From contig OZ059896.1 in NCBI GenBank assembly GCA_964057225.1, forward strand, positions 15,934,001 through 15,998,000: a DNA stretch of 64,000 nucleotides, given 5' to 3'. This document shows positions 61,616 through 64,000 of the stretch, piece by piece. Under the pieces are notes generated by a model. The model was not told the DNA's origin, ran no database searches, and worked only from the letters and a program-made list of their open reading frames with translations. The position numbers were made by a program, and so were the translations under genes. How positions within the stretch are numbered: the first letter of the stretch is position 1; each line of letters begins with the position of its first letter. Origin of the DNA: Auanema rhodensis. Its lineage: Eukaryota; Animalia; Nematoda.

Positions 61616-62273
61616 TTAACGTATCAATGTTTCACATCGCTTTCCTGTATATCCAATGTTGCATAGGCATGTCAGAGTTGTCGTCGTTCCAAGACAAATG
61701 CCACGTCCATTACAATCTCTGGCAGATTCACAGATGGCTGCAATTCAATTAGTTTATCTGATATGAAGAAATGATCAGAAAGTTATTACTATCTTCACAG
61801 TTTTTGCCGGAAAAGCCGATAGAGCAAGCACATATGTATGTTGTCTTTGTTCCCAAACATGTCCCACGATTGTTACAGTCTACTGCCTCACAAGATTTCT
61901 TAAAAACTATTAATTATTCTTTGCAAAAAGCTTAAACAACGTACAGGAATGAGCGTTTCTAAAGTATTTACATGCTTTGCAGCTGATTCAAATGTATTGT
62001 TAATATGATTTGACTATAATAATGAAATATAAAGTAAATCATGAAATGGGATTAACTTATACCAGATCTCCTTCTATGGTTTGAACTACATTCTCATGAA
62101 CATTCTTAGCTTTATCCACAAGTTTGGTTACATCTGTTTTAATTTCTTGTAATGTTGCTTCCGAAACATTCTGAAGAAATTTCAATATTAACAGCATTTT
62201 CTACATTTTTAGCAACCTGACAATCAGCAATACTGGCTAAACAAACGAGTAAAATGAAACCTAGTCTATACAT
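61616..62273 (-). CDS. Small secreted protein with two C-terminal EGF-like domains (5 exons)
   Basis: Signal peptide MYRLGFILLVCLASIADC, helical spacer, then CEAVDCNNRGTCLGTKTTYMCACSIGFSGKNCE and CESARDCNGRGICLGTTTTLTCLCNIGYTGKRCE. Confidence 0.88.
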
Positions 62274-62599
62274 GACTCAATTCTAAATATATGTAAGTAA
62301 GAAATATAAAATATATTATATGATAGAAACTTGAGGAACAACACTAAAACTTGCCTCTGCTATGAAGAGTTTATTCGCAAACTGAAATCTGTAGAGTCAG
62401 ATTGAAGGAATACCTCTATGACGTTCACAACTGGTAACTAAAATTACTTTCATAATCCTTCACACTCTCGTGTAGTCCAATTATGAAGTTAGATCAGGTT
62501 GATAATAGGCGCTAGTACGAGAGCTTTCTTTTCACTATCCATTAGGCAATCTTCATCTCAATAGCTATTCTATCTATTCATCTCTTGATCGTGTACCTC

Positions 62600-62604
<5 letters not shown>

Positions 62605-62655
<51 letters not shown>
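62605..62655. repeat. (CT)n microsatellite
   Basis: Perfect CT run. Confidence 0.95.
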
Positions 62656-62657
<2 letters not shown>

Positions 62658-64000
62658 AATAGTGTACTTCTATACTCATCTATATTCAATCTCTTCACCT
62701 TTTTTCTTTGAAAAACGGACTGGATCCATAGACAGTTAGCCAGGCATCAACTTCCCCAAAACCGGTGATTCAACATCAAACGAAAGTAAATTGGCCAATG
62801 TAACCAGAAAATACCTGTACTATTGTCAGAAAGAAACATGTATTATACTAGTTTTTCCATAGTATCTGAATGAGAAAAGTAAAGTTCAGCTTTTCATGTT
62901 ATAATTCAATTAATTTTTTTATAAATATTTATAAATAATAAATAACAAAACAATATATAAATATATTTATGTTATAATGTTGTTTTTATTTCTTTTTTTA
63001 AGATATCTTTATAATATTATAAATAGAAATGAATCATTATATTAACTAACTTTAAGAAATATAAGTTAGATTATCCTTATATAAATATATATTTATAATC
63101 TTGATGAACTATTTTATTTTTATTAGAACTCGATTATAAACATAAAAAATATTTCGATATACAATGAAGAATTAGATTTATATAAAGATATGCTTTGTTA
63201 ACTATTATATATAGTTAGTTAGTTTGTTAGTTATTCTCTAAATTAAAAAATTTATTTCATTCAAAGTATTTCCATAATTAGATAAACTGAGGCAACAAAC
63301 TTTATTTTTAAACATTAAGAGGATTCTAACATCCACATTATTTCGGATCACTAGTTAAGTAGATGTTAATTAACCTTTTCAAATTAATTTCTTCTTCTTT
63401 GTCTTTTAGTTTGAAAAAAAAACTCGCTATTCTCTTTGATACTTTAATTATGAAAAGATGGCTAAGAAGAAAAAAAACGGCTGAATTAAACCATAGTTCT
63501 CACATGTGACAAGAAATACTCATTACAGTATTACCATTTATAGAGAGAGAGAGAGAACATACGATTTAAGAGAGTATAAGGAAGTATTCTGATTAATAGA
63601 AAAAACTGAAAAGTTTGAAATTGGAAGGTATCTGATCTTTAATTGACCGTTTATAGTTTGACGTCGTCAAAAAACACACAGACATACACCAATGAATTTA
63701 TGCAAATTGAGATAAATATATAATAAAATAAATAAAAAAAAACATATTATTAGATATAACTATATGGTGTAATTGAATTAACTATATATCATATAAATTG
63801 ATATTATCCTCTAAAACTAACGGCACTAACACATAGTATTATGACAAAGCAATAGCATAGTACGATTCGTTGTAGTTCCAGTTCATTTTAACATTACAGG
63901 AAATGAAATACTTTATATTTATTACTTGAAGATATCAAACAACTAAAAAATTAAAAAAACTACAAAATAGAACATAATATTTGAACAAACGGTATTAAGA

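Overview
This is AT-rich eukaryotic genomic DNA, almost certainly from a rhabditid-type nematode: introns are very short (about 40-55 nt), TTTCAG acceptors sit just upstream of start codons, and there are serpentine chemoreceptor and col-99 genes. Gene models were spliced by hand. Left block (minus strand): lrr-1, a C7orf25/DUF1308 homologue carrying an antisense intronic tRNA-Asn(GTT), and WDR83 form a likely operon, followed by a MITE and an EGF/TM receptor-like gene. Middle (about 11.3-31.5 kb) is an accessory island. It holds a decayed ubiquitin-like + atypical-kinase gene beside a decayed intronless ORF resembling a Maverick/Polinton minor capsid protein (candidate Maverick relic with kinase cargo), nested MITEs with 8-bp TSDs, and a recent ~5.4-kb tandem triplication of an srx-type GPCR whose copies differ mostly at non-synonymous sites. 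Right block: GM130/golgin, TMEM229, a small unknown gene, two tandem p24/TMED genes, a CYP2-clan P450, the transmembrane collagen col-99 and a small secreted two-EGF protein. No CRISPR array, rRNA or intact transposase was seen. Family assignments come from recognised motifs, not database searches.
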